64,000 nucleotides of DNA, from contig JAXHMG010000003.1 in the NCBI GenBank assembly GCA_034521595.1, positions 384,001-448,000 on the forward strand, written 5' to 3'. The number at the start of each line of letters is the position of its first letter. Positions within the stretch are counted from its first letter, which is position 1. This document shows positions 29,001 to 37,705 of the stretch, piece after piece. Both the position numbers and the translations under genes were made by a program. The DNA is from Gemmatimonadota bacterium. Its GTDB lineage: Bacteria > Gemmatimonadota > Gemmatimonadetes > Longimicrobiales > Gaopeijiaceae. A model generated the notes under the pieces. That model had not been told where the DNA came from and made no database searches. It saw only the letters and a program-made list of their open reading frames with translations.

Positions 29001-29154
29001 CCAGCGCCTCACCAACGCCGAGATCGGACGACGTCTGGGCATCGCGGCGCGCACGGTCAGCACGCACCTTTCGAAGATCTACGGCAAGCTCGACATCGGT
29101 TCGCGAGGTGAGCTCGCCGATCTCGTGCGGGAACGCGTGGAGGACGCCCCATGA
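26089..29154 (+). CDS. Large ATP-binding LuxR regulator (LAL/STAND AAA + TPR + HTH)
   Basis: GEGGVGKS, LEDLQWAD, TRGNAFF, C-terminal LTDREMEV...NAEIG...TVSTHL. Confidence 0.92.
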   Translation: MKDSPLPDSTLLGAGRMGHHAGQVGGDSIPGPLPLVGRDADLHALWGLLDGNGRGASVAVISGEGGVGKSRLAAELARRAEGEGWSVVQGRAYPVETGVPYALFADAFLPIMREMDPARLAILSRGGEAELRRLFPALGGGERFVDDSGDPTEFRTRLLWNFTEFTKSYGKRSPLLLVLEDLQWADGSSLELLHFLARQVTEDPVFIVCTYNDAEREPNAQLVRTERSLMSLGVAALHRLDPLGLEDVVHLVSATFDTEATVVRDLAALLFEWTRGNAFFIEEILKSMVASGRLCREDGVWVGWDAADFSLPGSIRDAVLDRIRALSPDARTVIELAAVVGARARYPVIAALSRLEEADLLAALDELRVHGVLEEREEGDVVVYVFAHPLVRQTLYRELGLQRARVLHGRVAEALEVVHGDRALEHADELAYHFSRTDSATLRSKAAAYLTAAGRRALDRRADQEAVRYLEEARELTHTESPTDEGPDRVELASLLARAKQHLGEFDEAVALWTEALEGVPAGDRKRLDLMRALGMAHFWCGRHEEAHRVLDAGFDAARVAGDAEAMVRLRVAKGHCLHEVGRGDEALETVRLALPLAEELSDAALLARVHRALELLHVWIGPPGLAHEHGHRAIELALKVGDVSVEFWARWGWAVLGGMRGDPERTHEAIAELTELADRARSPVLRLWTDELEIEFAYGRGEWDAGMALGERAITLATDLRQRTILPRLLVWTAQFHLGRGHQERARELIDRAVEMARPDQIDRPVDVHQVVPTCIGLAHYRIGVGDYAGAIEAGERGFEIAEGTGYTLWAVHRLLPVLAEACLWAGEIDRAGQIGTRLRTNAERLDHKLGLAWADACDALVRWKQGDPKGAIALMRRSSASLEEIPMIPYAARVRRQLAGRLLEIGDREGALAELKHVHETCVRLGATPELEKTRLMFREAGHPAPPKGSGEGLAGLTDREMEVARLTVQRLTNAEIGRRLGIAARTVSTHLSKIYGKLDIGSRGELADLVRERVEDAP

Positions 29155-29207
29155 GCGGCGTCCTCACCTTCGTGCCCTCCTCACCCGTCAGGGTCGGACC
29201 CTCGCGC

Positions 29208-29546
29208 CTATGCCTTCGTCGGTCGCGGCATCCGACCTGACGAGAGCTCGCCGGCTTTTCGAGGTCGACGGGTCACGGAGGAGACGATGATCCGCTCCTC
29301 TACCGGGGCCGAGTCCCGCACGACGAAGCGGCACACCCCGGACCCCAACCCCGCTTCGAAATCCAGCACGTCCTCCCGGCGGAGCTCGACCGAGTAGCCG
29401 TCGTTCAGGTCGGGAAGGAGGATCACTCTGGTGTCGGTCAGCTCGCCGATGTAGCCCTCCAGGACGGTCGTGGATTCGGCTGAAAGCCCGCGGGTCGGCT
29501 CCGGGAAGGTGTCGCCGGAAACGTGGTCGGTGGTGTAGCGCATCAT
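29208..29546 (-). CDS. Hypothetical protein
   Basis: Protein-like composition, RBS GAGGGG; no recognised motif. Confidence 0.55.
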   Translation of the reverse strand: MMRYTTDHVSGDTFPEPTRGLSAESTTVLEGYIGELTDTRVILLPDLNDGYSVELRREDVLDFEAGLGSGVCRFVVRDSAPVEERIIVSSVTRRPRKAGELSSGRMPRPTKA

Positions 29547-29683
29547 CTTGCCCCCTCGCTGGAATGGTACCGGTGCTGCGTATCGTCCGGTCTCCAGAGT
29601 GGGCGATGCTGCCCTTGGGCCCCATACGTAGTGTGACGTATACGGGGGGGCTCGAGGGCCTACGTCATGCTCCGCTCGTCATC

Positions 29684-30079
29684 TCACGCCGCTCCCAGCT
29701 TTCGGGTTTCGGCTTCGTCCCGTTCGAAGGCGAAGTCTTCAGCGGACAGCTCGGGCCAGTGCGCCAAGATGCGCGCGGCGCTCGCCTGTCCGGCCCGGCC
29801 CGCGCGCTGCTCGGTTCGCACGCGCGCCACCGTCTGTTTCAGGTCCATGCACGAGAGCCACCAGTCGAGCACCTCGACCTCGAGCTCGTTGCCGCTCACC
29901 AAGTTGGTGGTATCTCCGTCGAGCAGTTGGAGGCGGTGTCCACAATAACGCTCGGTTTCGTCTACGGAGCATGTGCAGTGAGCGGACATGTGACCGGCTG
30001 AGTGGCGGATGAACGTCACCTCGTGGTCGACTCCTTCGGAGTCGCGTACCACGAAGGTGAAGCTTTGCAGATTCGCCAT
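29684..30079 (-). CDS. SWIM zinc-finger-like protein
   Basis: CTC-x8-CGH motif; RBS GAGG. Confidence 0.7.
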   Translation of the reverse strand: MANLQSFTFVVRDSEGVDHEVTFIRHSAGHMSAHCTCSVDETERYCGHRLQLLDGDTTNLVSGNELEVEVLDWWLSCMDLKQTVARVRTEQRAGRAGQASAARILAHWPELSAEDFAFERDEAETRKLGAA

Positions 30080-30281
30080 GTCGTTACGCCTCTCGATACC
30101 GAGGATGCGACTGTTCGCGCTGCGGGCTTCTCGTGCGTCCCCGTCTGGGGGTGCTGCGCCGTGAACACTCGACGAGCCGCGATCGGGTCACATGCGGGCA
30201 ACCGGTGGGGCTGGCGCGTCGCGAAACGCGGCGGCATGATGGGCACGACCCACCGTTCGCTTCGGTCCGGAGGACGTGTCC

Positions 30282-32021
30282 ATGCTCGACCGTGTTACGA
30301 TTCGCCCGCGCCTCGTCTCGTTGTGTCTGCTCTTCTGTACTGCATGTTCGGGACCAGACGCCCCGACCGGGGGTGCTGAAGAGTGGTCCACCACGGACTA
30401 TGCCCCACAGAATCGCCCCGATGTGAGGGGCACGACCGGCGCGGTGTCGTCGGATCACCCGCTGGCCACCGAAGTGGGGATGGCGGTGCTGCGAGATGGT
30501 GGCACGGCGACCGACGCGGTCATCGCGATGGCGGGAGTGCTCGCCGTCACCCGTCCGCACATGAACGGGATCGGTGGCGACGCCTTCGGGATCTTTTACG
30601 ACGGGGAGACCGACGAGGTCACGGCACTCAACGCCAGCGGGCGCTCGGGCGCGCTGGCGACGCCCGAGTTCTTCCGAGAAGCCGGGCTCGACGAGATCCC
30701 CGGGAAGGGGGCGCTGTCCGTGAGCGTTCCGGGCGCGGTCGCGGGTTGGGTCGATGCGCACGAACGGTTCGGCACACTACCCTTCGCCGAGTTGCTGGAG
30801 CCCGCGATCGGGTTCGCGCGGGACGGCTTCCCCGTTTCGACCCGCCTCGCCCGGGATTTCGTGGCGCAGGGAGACGACCTGAACGAAGAGGGGCGCGCCC
30901 TCTATCTGCCGGGTGGCTCACCGCCACCCGTCGGGTCGTTGCTCGCGAATCCCGCGCTCGCCGCGTCGTTGGAGACCGTCGCGACGCGAGGGAAGGCCGG
31001 GTTCTACGAAGGCGAGATCGCGCGCGCGCTCGCCGAGTTCGTGGAGGAAGAAGGTGGCTACCTCCGGGCCAGCGATTTCGCGGCGCACACGTCGACGTGG
31101 GTGGAGCCCCTCCGGACCCGGTATCTGGGTCACACCTTCCTGGCCATGCCGCCCAACACCCAGGGGCCGGCGCAGCTCGCCCTCATGGAGATGTCCAAGG
31201 CCCACCCGCTGGCCGAGATGGAGCACAACGGAGTCGATTACCTCCACACGCTCATCGAGCTCAAGAAGTTGGCCTTCGCCGACCGTGACCGTTGGGTCGC
31301 CGATCCGGCCCACGCCGACGTTCCCGTCGACCGGCTCCTCGATCCGGAGTACCTGAGCGAGCGAGCGGAAAGGGTCGATCCGGAGCGGGCGGCGGCGGAG
31401 GTTGCGCCCGGGTTCGGCGCGGAGCTCACGGCGGCCGGGGCGGGTGAGCCCGACGATGCCGGTGACACGGTCTACCTCACCGCCGTGGATCAATGGGGCA
31501 ACGCGGTGAGCTGGATCCAGAGCAACTTCGCCGGCTTCGGCTCCGGGCTCGTGGAGCCGACGACCGGCATCCTTCTTCAGAACCGGGGCGCGCTCTTTAC
31601 GCTCCAGGAGGGACATCCGAACCAGGTCGCGCCCGAGAAGCGTCCGTATCACACGCTCTCTCCGGTCATGGCGCTCGACGGATCCGGTGGTTTGGCGTTC
31701 ACCGTCGGGACGCCGGGCGGAGACAGCCAACCCCAGTCGATCCTGCAGATCGTGCACAACCTGCTGTTGTTCGACATGACGCCTCAGGAGGCCGTCGAGG
31801 CGGCACGGTTCCGCTCGTACGGCGGCGTGCGCGTCTCGCTCGAGAACCGCGTGCCCGCAGACGTGGCGCGGGGCCTCGCGGCACGGGGGCACGACCTGTC
31901 GCTCGTCGACGGATGGACCGCGACGTTCGGTGGATCGCAGATGATTGTGTACGACTCCGAGGTCGGGGTGCTCACCGCCGCTGCCGATCCCCGTAGAGAA
32001 GCGTACGCGTTGGCCTACTGA
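30282..32021 (+). CDS. ggt: Gamma-glutamyltransferase
   Basis: NGIGGDAF, DTVY nucleophile Thr, LQNRG, PYHTL, GTPGG, AADPRR; lipoprotein signal. Confidence 0.93.
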   Translation: MLDRVTIRPRLVSLCLLFCTACSGPDAPTGGAEEWSTTDYAPQNRPDVRGTTGAVSSDHPLATEVGMAVLRDGGTATDAVIAMAGVLAVTRPHMNGIGGDAFGIFYDGETDEVTALNASGRSGALATPEFFREAGLDEIPGKGALSVSVPGAVAGWVDAHERFGTLPFAELLEPAIGFARDGFPVSTRLARDFVAQGDDLNEEGRALYLPGGSPPPVGSLLANPALAASLETVATRGKAGFYEGEIARALAEFVEEEGGYLRASDFAAHTSTWVEPLRTRYLGHTFLAMPPNTQGPAQLALMEMSKAHPLAEMEHNGVDYLHTLIELKKLAFADRDRWVADPAHADVPVDRLLDPEYLSERAERVDPERAAAEVAPGFGAELTAAGAGEPDDAGDTVYLTAVDQWGNAVSWIQSNFAGFGSGLVEPTTGILLQNRGALFTLQEGHPNQVAPEKRPYHTLSPVMALDGSGGLAFTVGTPGGDSQPQSILQIVHNLLLFDMTPQEAVEAARFRSYGGVRVSLENRVPADVARGLAARGHDLSLVDGWTATFGGSQMIVYDSEVGVLTAAADPRREAYALAY

Positions 32022-32029
32022 CCCGTCCC

Positions 32030-32064
32030 CCCGCCTCGGCCGCGAGCACGCCGGCCGAGGCGGG
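32030..32064. terminator. Hairpin between convergent genes
   Basis: 13-bp stem CCCGCCTCGGCCG/CGGCCGAGGCGGG. Confidence 0.55.
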
Positions 32065-32116
32065 CGCCGGCCAAGGTTCAGCGGACGCGTCCGGCGACTT
32101 CCGCCTGTTCCCGTTC

Positions 32117-33001
32117 TCAGTCGGAGTGGCTCGAGGAGCCGGCGAAGTCGAAGGTCAGCATTCCGTAGGAGAAGACACCGCGCGTGAGTCCCTGCTGGAG
32201 CGCGTTCCCTCCGATCATGTTGCCGAAGAAAGGGACGCGTGCGAGGCCGAGGGGAGTGAGAACGGGCGCTACGAGGGCGATCGCCCGGTCACGGGGACGG
32301 CCGAGTCGGATGAGCGGGGTGAGGTCGCGCCGCTCCAGGAGCTCGAAGCCAGCGGGCTCGGCGGCCTCGGCCCAACCTCGGGGGTCCATGACCGTACCTA
32401 GACGCCATCCTCGGCGGAACGTGTCCACGAGCCGACGCTCGTCCGCCTTCAAGGTTTTCGCGCTCCGGGTGAGGAAGTCGTCCACGACGATGAGTCGTCC
32501 CCGACGGGACTCGAAATGTCGCGCCACCGTGCGGAACAGGGCCTGGGGACACGCGGAGTGCGCGAACGACTCCACGGCGACCACGACGTCCACCCGGTCG
32601 GTTCCGAGGGGCGGAGCGGGTTCCGGGTCCTCGAAGTCCCCCACATGGAAGCGGCAGCGTTCCGCCAGTCCCTTCCGCTTTGCGGTCCGCTCCGCGAGTC
32701 GTTGTTGCTGCGGGCTGATCGTCACGCCATGGAAGCGCCCGTGATCGAACCGGTTCGCGAGGTCGAAGAGGGTTCCGCCGACCCCGCAGCCCAGATCCAG
32801 AACCGTCGGCGCGTCCGGTGCCCAGGCGGCGATCTGGTGACCCAGGAGCCGGTTCACGTAGCGCTTCGCTTCCGCGGGGGTGCGCACATCCGGGCCCCAG
32901 AGCTCACGGTGGATGGCGAGCGCCTCTCCGCCGCCTCCAAAGCGAAGGAAGCGACGTGTGTTGCGGTCGTAGTAGTGCGCTATGCGATCGGATGGCGTCA
33001 T
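32117..33001 (-). CDS. SAM-dependent methyltransferase
   Basis: VLDLGCGVGG, GVTISPQQ, AVESFAH. Confidence 0.88.
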   Translation of the reverse strand: MTPSDRIAHYYDRNTRRFLRFGGGGEALAIHRELWGPDVRTPAEAKRYVNRLLGHQIAAWAPDAPTVLDLGCGVGGTLFDLANRFDHGRFHGVTISPQQQRLAERTAKRKGLAERCRFHVGDFEDPEPAPPLGTDRVDVVVAVESFAHSACPQALFRTVARHFESRRGRLIVVDDFLTRSAKTLKADERRLVDTFRRGWRLGTVMDPRGWAEAAEPAGFELLERRDLTPLIRLGRPRDRAIALVAPVLTPLGLARVPFFGNMIGGNALQQGLTRGVFSYGMLTFDFAGSSSHSD

Positions 33002-33188
33002 CGCAGGTATCTGACGGTCCGGAGTTCCACGTGCAACCCCCGTGTCCGTGCTCGACCCGGCGGGCGGGGCGCGGGGTGCAGCGGGGGTGGTGCGGTGCCG
33101 GAGGGGAAACGAGATTCCACCGCCCGAGCCTGCCGGTGTCCCTGCAGTGAGCCGGCTTCCTCTCCCGTGCCTTCGACCCCCGACAGCC

Positions 33189-34844
33189 GTGTCCGACGCC
33201 TCGATCCTGAGGGACCTCGGCGTGATCCTCGTGGCCGCGGCCGCGTTCGCTATCTTGGCGCGCTCGCTGCGGATCCCGTCGATCGTCGCCTACATACTCG
33301 CCGGGTTGCTGCTTGGCCCGGTATCGGGAGTCTTGGAAGTCAGCGAAGGTGTGGAGCTGGCATCCGAAATCGGTATCGCCCTGCTTCTTTTCCTTGTCGG
33401 GCTCGAGCTTTCATTCGCGGCGATCAGGGATCTCGGGAAGGTCGCTGGGGTCGGGGGGACGGCGCAGGTCGTGATCTCGGCGCTGGTGGGCACGGGCTTG
33501 GCCGTGCTGCTGGGCTTTCCTGCCCGGGAGGCGCTCTTTCTCGGTGTGGCGCTGTCGTTCAGCTCCACCGTGGTGGTCGTGAAGCTCCTCGAGCAGCGCG
33601 GCGACCTACAGGACACCTACGGGCGTGTGACGCTCGGCATCCTGCTCGTTCAGGATCTACTGGTGGTGGTCGTGCTCACCTTCGTGTCGGGGTTGGCCCG
33701 AGAAGGATCCGCGAGCCTCCTGCGGATGGCGATGGACCTGTGGATCTCCTTCGGGGGGATGGCGGTGCTGGTCGTGGTCGCCATCGGAGCGTCCCGTTCC
33801 TTCCTGCCTCTCGCCTTCCAATGGATCGGACGATCGCCCGAGGCCACCCTGATCTGGAGCCTTTCGTGGTGCTTTCTCCTCATCCTGGGAGCCCAGTGGC
33901 TGGGGCTGTCCGTGGAGCTCGGCGCGTTCCTGGCCGGTGTGGGGTTGGCTCAGCTGCCGTTCAACGACGACCTCCGGCGGCGCGTGGGGCCGCTCGTCAA
34001 CTTCTTCATCGCGGTCTTCTTCGTCACGCTCGGGGTCCACATGGATCCGGTCGAGGCGTTGGCCCTCTGGCCTTCCGCGCTCGCGTTGATCGCCTTCGTG
34101 ATGATCGTCAAGCCGATGTTGCTCCTCACCGTGATTCCACGTCTCGGCTTCGGTGAGCGCACGGCCGCGCTGTCGGGCCTGACGCTCGCGCAGACCTCGG
34201 AGTTCTCGTTCATCCTTGCGGGTCTCGGCCTCTCCGCGGGACTCATCGGAGAAGAGATCCTGGCGCTTATCGCCCTGATCGGGCTCGGCACCATGGGACT
34301 TTCTTCGGGGCTCATCCTGAACTCACGACGCGTGTATGTGCGCCTACGCGCCGCCGGGCTCTTGAAGGTCTTCCGCGCCCCCCATGAAGGTCCCCGGGAC
34401 CGGGAAGAAGCCGGGAGCGGACACGGCCCCGCCTTCGGGCTCCGAGATCACGTCATCGTGGTCGGCATGAATTCGCTGGGACAGCGGATCGTCGAGGGGC
34501 TCAGGCAACGGGGAGTGGCCACCCTGGCCGTCGACACGGATCCGTTGAAGCTCGCCGAGGTGGACGGGCCGGTGCTGGTCGGCGACACGGACGACCTCAC
34601 AGTACTGGAGTCCGCGGGGATCCGGCGGGCGGAGCTCGTCGTATCGGCGCTCCAGATCGAGGGAGCGAACAACCTTCTCGCGTACCGCTGCCGCACCCTC
34701 GGCATACCGTGCAGCGTCCACGCGTTCGACGTCGCGGTCGTGCCCGACCTCAGGGAGATCGGAGCCACGCACCTCATGGACTCCAAGACCGCGGGCACCA
34801 GGCGGTTGACCGAAGCGCTCGGTGCGGAAGGGGTGTACGGATGA
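33189..34844 (+). CDS. CPA2 cation/H+ antiporter (Kef-like) with TrkA-N domain
   Basis: LLFLVGLE, SSTVVVVK, LLVQD, GAFLAG, AQTSEFS; start uncertain. Confidence 0.9.
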   Translation: MSDASILRDLGVILVAAAAFAILARSLRIPSIVAYILAGLLLGPVSGVLEVSEGVELASEIGIALLLFLVGLELSFAAIRDLGKVAGVGGTAQVVISALVGTGLAVLLGFPAREALFLGVALSFSSTVVVVKLLEQRGDLQDTYGRVTLGILLVQDLLVVVVLTFVSGLAREGSASLLRMAMDLWISFGGMAVLVVVAIGASRSFLPLAFQWIGRSPEATLIWSLSWCFLLILGAQWLGLSVELGAFLAGVGLAQLPFNDDLRRRVGPLVNFFIAVFFVTLGVHMDPVEALALWPSALALIAFVMIVKPMLLLTVIPRLGFGERTAALSGLTLAQTSEFSFILAGLGLSAGLIGEEILALIALIGLGTMGLSSGLILNSRRVYVRLRAAGLLKVFRAPHEGPRDREEAGSGHGPAFGLRDHVIVVGMNSLGQRIVEGLRQRGVATLAVDTDPLKLAEVDGPVLVGDTDDLTVLESAGIRRAELVVSALQIEGANNLLAYRCRTLGIPCSVHAFDVAVVPDLREIGATHLMDSKTAGTRRLTEALGAEGVYG

Positions 34845-36433
34845 TCGAATTCGCCGCCCTGCTCCTGGCCGCCGCGGCCGGCTTTGGAATCGCTCGGGCC
34901 TTCAGCCTGCCGGCCATCCCGTTCCTCATCCTCTGCGGGTTCGGCCTTTCGCTTCTCGTGCATCTCGAGGACGCGTTTCTCCAGGACACGTTGCTCCTGG
35001 GGATCACCTTCCTCGTGTTCGTAGCCGGGATCGAGCTGAATCCGCAGCGGGTCAGGCGTCAGAAGGTGGCTGCGGTGGCCGTCGGCACGGTCCAGTTCGT
35101 GTTGCTCGGCACGCTCGGATTCGGGGTGGCCAGGGCGTTGGGCTTCGACGTCCAGGCGGCGATCTACCTGGCGCTCGCCCTCACCGCCTCGTCGACACTG
35201 GTGGTCGTGAGGATTCTCCAGCAGCGTCGACAGCTCTTCGAGGCGTTCGGTCGGCTCGTGATCGGGGTGCTTCTACTCCAGGACCTGGCGGTTATCCTCC
35301 TGATTCCCGTTGTTACCCGGCTTCCGGACGGAGCCGGATCGGTCGCCTCGGGTGTCGTGGCGACGCTCGTTCTGGTAGCTCTCGCCTTCGTGCTCCTTCG
35401 CTGGGTCCTCCCGGAGTTGCTGCGCCGGATCTCGCTCGATGAAGAGCTGCTATTGCTGGCGGTTCTGGCGCTGCTCTTCGTCTTCCTCTTCCTGTCCGAC
35501 GTGATGGGTGTCCCCCACGTTGCTGGTGCGTTCCTCGCGGGGCTGGCGCTTTCCTCGTTCCCGGTGAACGGGGTCGTGCGTGGTCAGTTGGGGTCGCTCT
35601 CCGATTTCTTCACGGCGATGTTCTTCACGGCCCTCGGTGCGACCCTCGGGCTTCCGTCCGGCCTGGAGGTGGCCCAGGCGGTCGTGCTCGCACTCGTCGT
35701 GATCATGGTCACGCCACCTCTCGTGGCGCTGATCGCCGAGCGGGCGGGCTTTTCCGCGCGTCCCGCGATCTTCTCGGGATTGCTGCTTTCACAGACGAGT
35801 GAGTTCTCCCTGGTCGTCGGGCTCCAGGGTGTGGTGCTCGAGCAGATTCAGCCGGGCACGTTCACCGTGATCGCCCTGGTCACACTCACGACGATGACCG
35901 TCACGCCGTTCCTCGCCAACGACCGTCTCTCCTTGACGCTGATGCGCTTCCACCCCGCCCGTCGCGTTCCAGCGGAGGCCGGGGCCCCTCCCGAGAACCA
36001 CGTCCTGGTCCTCGGTTGCGGCGTGAGCGGGATGCCGCTCCTCGAAACGCTGGTTATCGGACCGTACCGCGTCGTGGCCGTCGATGACGACCCTCAGGTC
36101 GTTCAGCGGGTGCGTGACGCCGGCGTGGAAGCCATCCGGGGTGATGCCGCCGACACGGCGCTCCTCCGCAGGGCCGGAGCGGACCGTGCGCGGGTGGTCG
36201 TCTCGACGGTGCGGAGGGTCGAGGACAACGGACCGCTCCTGGAGATGGCCGACGGCGTTCCCATCCTCGTTCGCGTGTTCAACGTCGAGGACGCCGAGTG
36301 GGTCGAGGCTCGGGGCGGCCAGGCCGTGTTGTATTCGGACGCGGCCGCCGAGGGGTTCCTGGAATGGTTCGACCGGGCCGGGTGGGCGCGGCCGGACCAG
36401 CTGGAGGACGAGGAAAGGGAGCAGGTGCTCTGA
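34841..36433 (+). CDS. Second CPA2 cation/H+ antiporter with TrkA-N domain
   Basis: LVFVAGIE, LLLQD, SQTSEFS, VLGCG; ATGA-coupled to the first copy. Confidence 0.9.
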   Translation: MIEFAALLLAAAAGFGIARAFSLPAIPFLILCGFGLSLLVHLEDAFLQDTLLLGITFLVFVAGIELNPQRVRRQKVAAVAVGTVQFVLLGTLGFGVARALGFDVQAAIYLALALTASSTLVVVRILQQRRQLFEAFGRLVIGVLLLQDLAVILLIPVVTRLPDGAGSVASGVVATLVLVALAFVLLRWVLPELLRRISLDEELLLLAVLALLFVFLFLSDVMGVPHVAGAFLAGLALSSFPVNGVVRGQLGSLSDFFTAMFFTALGATLGLPSGLEVAQAVVLALVVIMVTPPLVALIAERAGFSARPAIFSGLLLSQTSEFSLVVGLQGVVLEQIQPGTFTVIALVTLTTMTVTPFLANDRLSLTLMRFHPARRVPAEAGAPPENHVLVLGCGVSGMPLLETLVIGPYRVVAVDDDPQVVQRVRDAGVEAIRGDAADTALLRRAGADRARVVVSTVRRVEDNGPLLEMADGVPILVRVFNVEDAEWVEARGGQAVLYSDAAAEGFLEWFDRAGWARPDQLEDEEREQVL

Positions 36434-36439
36434 CTGGTG

Positions 36440-36738
36440 GGGCGCGCCGTAGTCACATACCTCGCTCGGGGCGCTTCGCTTGAACGCTGCGCGTTCAACC
36501 CGCTCGCTCGGCATGTGACTACGGCGCGCCTCACAGCCGGAGCGGTTGGGGAACGGGCGCTTCGCTTGAACGCTGCGTGTTCAACCCGCTCGCTCGGCAT
36601 GAGACTACGGCGCGCCTCACGGCCGGGGCGGTTGGGGAACGGGCGCTTCGCTTGAACGCTGCGTGTTCAACCCGCTCGCTCGGCATGAGACTACGGCGCG
36701 CCTCACGGCCGGAGCGGTTGGGGGAGGGGCGCTTCGCT
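36440..36738. repeat. Three tandem 86-bp palindrome-rich units plus an inverted partial copy (REP/BIME-like)
   Basis: GCGCTTCGCT recurs at 36471, 36557, 36643 and 36729; GGCGCGCCGTAGTCACAT is the inverted copy of ATGTGACTACGGCGCGCC. Confidence 0.9.
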
Positions 36739-37705
36739 ACAGCTCGATGGTCTGGCCGAAGCCGCGGGCTTCGGCCTCTCGCACGGTGGCGAGCGCGACG
36801 GCCATGTCCTGTACGGCGTTGCCGACCGACTTGAAGTAGGTGATCTGGTCCGGCGAAGTCCGTCCCTCCGCGGTACCGGCCAGGATCTCGCCGATATCGG
36901 CGGCGATGTGGTCCTCACCGAACACGCCCTTCTCGATGGGGATGATCAGGTCCCCCGTCTCCTCGAGCGCGGCGTCTCGGGCATCCACGACCACCCGGGC
37001 ACGGAGCAGGAGCGCTTCGTCGATTTCCTGCATGTCCGGCTTGAAGGATCCCACGCCGTTGACGTGCACGCCCGGCTCCGCCGCGGCGTCGGGGAAGACC
37101 GGAGTGGCGCTCGTGGTCGCGGCGCACACGATGTCTGCGCCTCGAACCGCTGCGGAGGCGTCGTCGTAGGCGCTCGCGGCGACGCCTTCCAGCTCCGCGG
37201 CGAGGGCTCGCGCGGAGTCGCCACCGCGCGAGACCACGCGTACCTCTTCGATGTCGCGCACGGCCCGAACGGCCTCGATCTGCGTGAGCGCCTGAGGGCC
37301 CGCACCGAATACGGTGAGGACTCGCGCGTCCTCGCGGGCGAGCTCGCGCGTAGCGACCCCGGCACCGGCACCCGTGCGGAGCGCCGTGAGGTAGGTCCCG
37401 TCCATGAGGGCCATGGGCACCCCGGTGTCGGGATCGAGAAGCAGCACGACCCCGTTGATCGAGGGGAGACCGCGGTCGGGATTGCCCTGGAACGCCGACA
37501 CGATCTTGGCGCCCAACGCACGGGTATCCATGAGATATGCCGGCATGAAGAGCGACGTCCCGCCGGGCGTGTGCAGCGCGTGCCGGACCGGGGAGAGCGC
37601 GCGACCTGCCGAAAGTTCCTTGTATGCGCCGACGCAGGCTTCGATGGCCGCGGGCATGTCGATGGCCCGCCGCACGTCGTCCTGACTCAAGACGGTGAGC
37701 TTCAT
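36737..37705 (-). CDS. Ornithine cyclodeaminase/mu-crystallin family
   Basis: LTALRTGA, FGAGPQA, NGVGSF, FKSVGNAVQD. Confidence 0.9.
   Translation of the reverse strand: MKLTVLSQDDVRRAIDMPAAIEACVGAYKELSAGRALSPVRHALHTPGGTSLFMPAYLMDTRALGAKIVSAFQGNPDRGLPSINGVVLLLDPDTGVPMALMDGTYLTALRTGAGAGVATRELAREDARVLTVFGAGPQALTQIEAVRAVRDIEEVRVVSRGGDSARALAAELEGVAASAYDDASAAVRGADIVCAATTSATPVFPDAAAEPGVHVNGVGSFKPDMQEIDEALLLRARVVVDARDAALEETGDLIIPIEKGVFGEDHIAADIGEILAGTAEGRTSPDQITYFKSVGNAVQDMAVALATVREAEARGFGQTIEL

Noticed and set aside
36440-36738. CRISPR array, and the ORFs 36437-36655 and 36577-36834
   Set aside because: The units are near-identical over the full 86 bp with no unique spacers and no cas genes; the ORFs are translations of the repeat.
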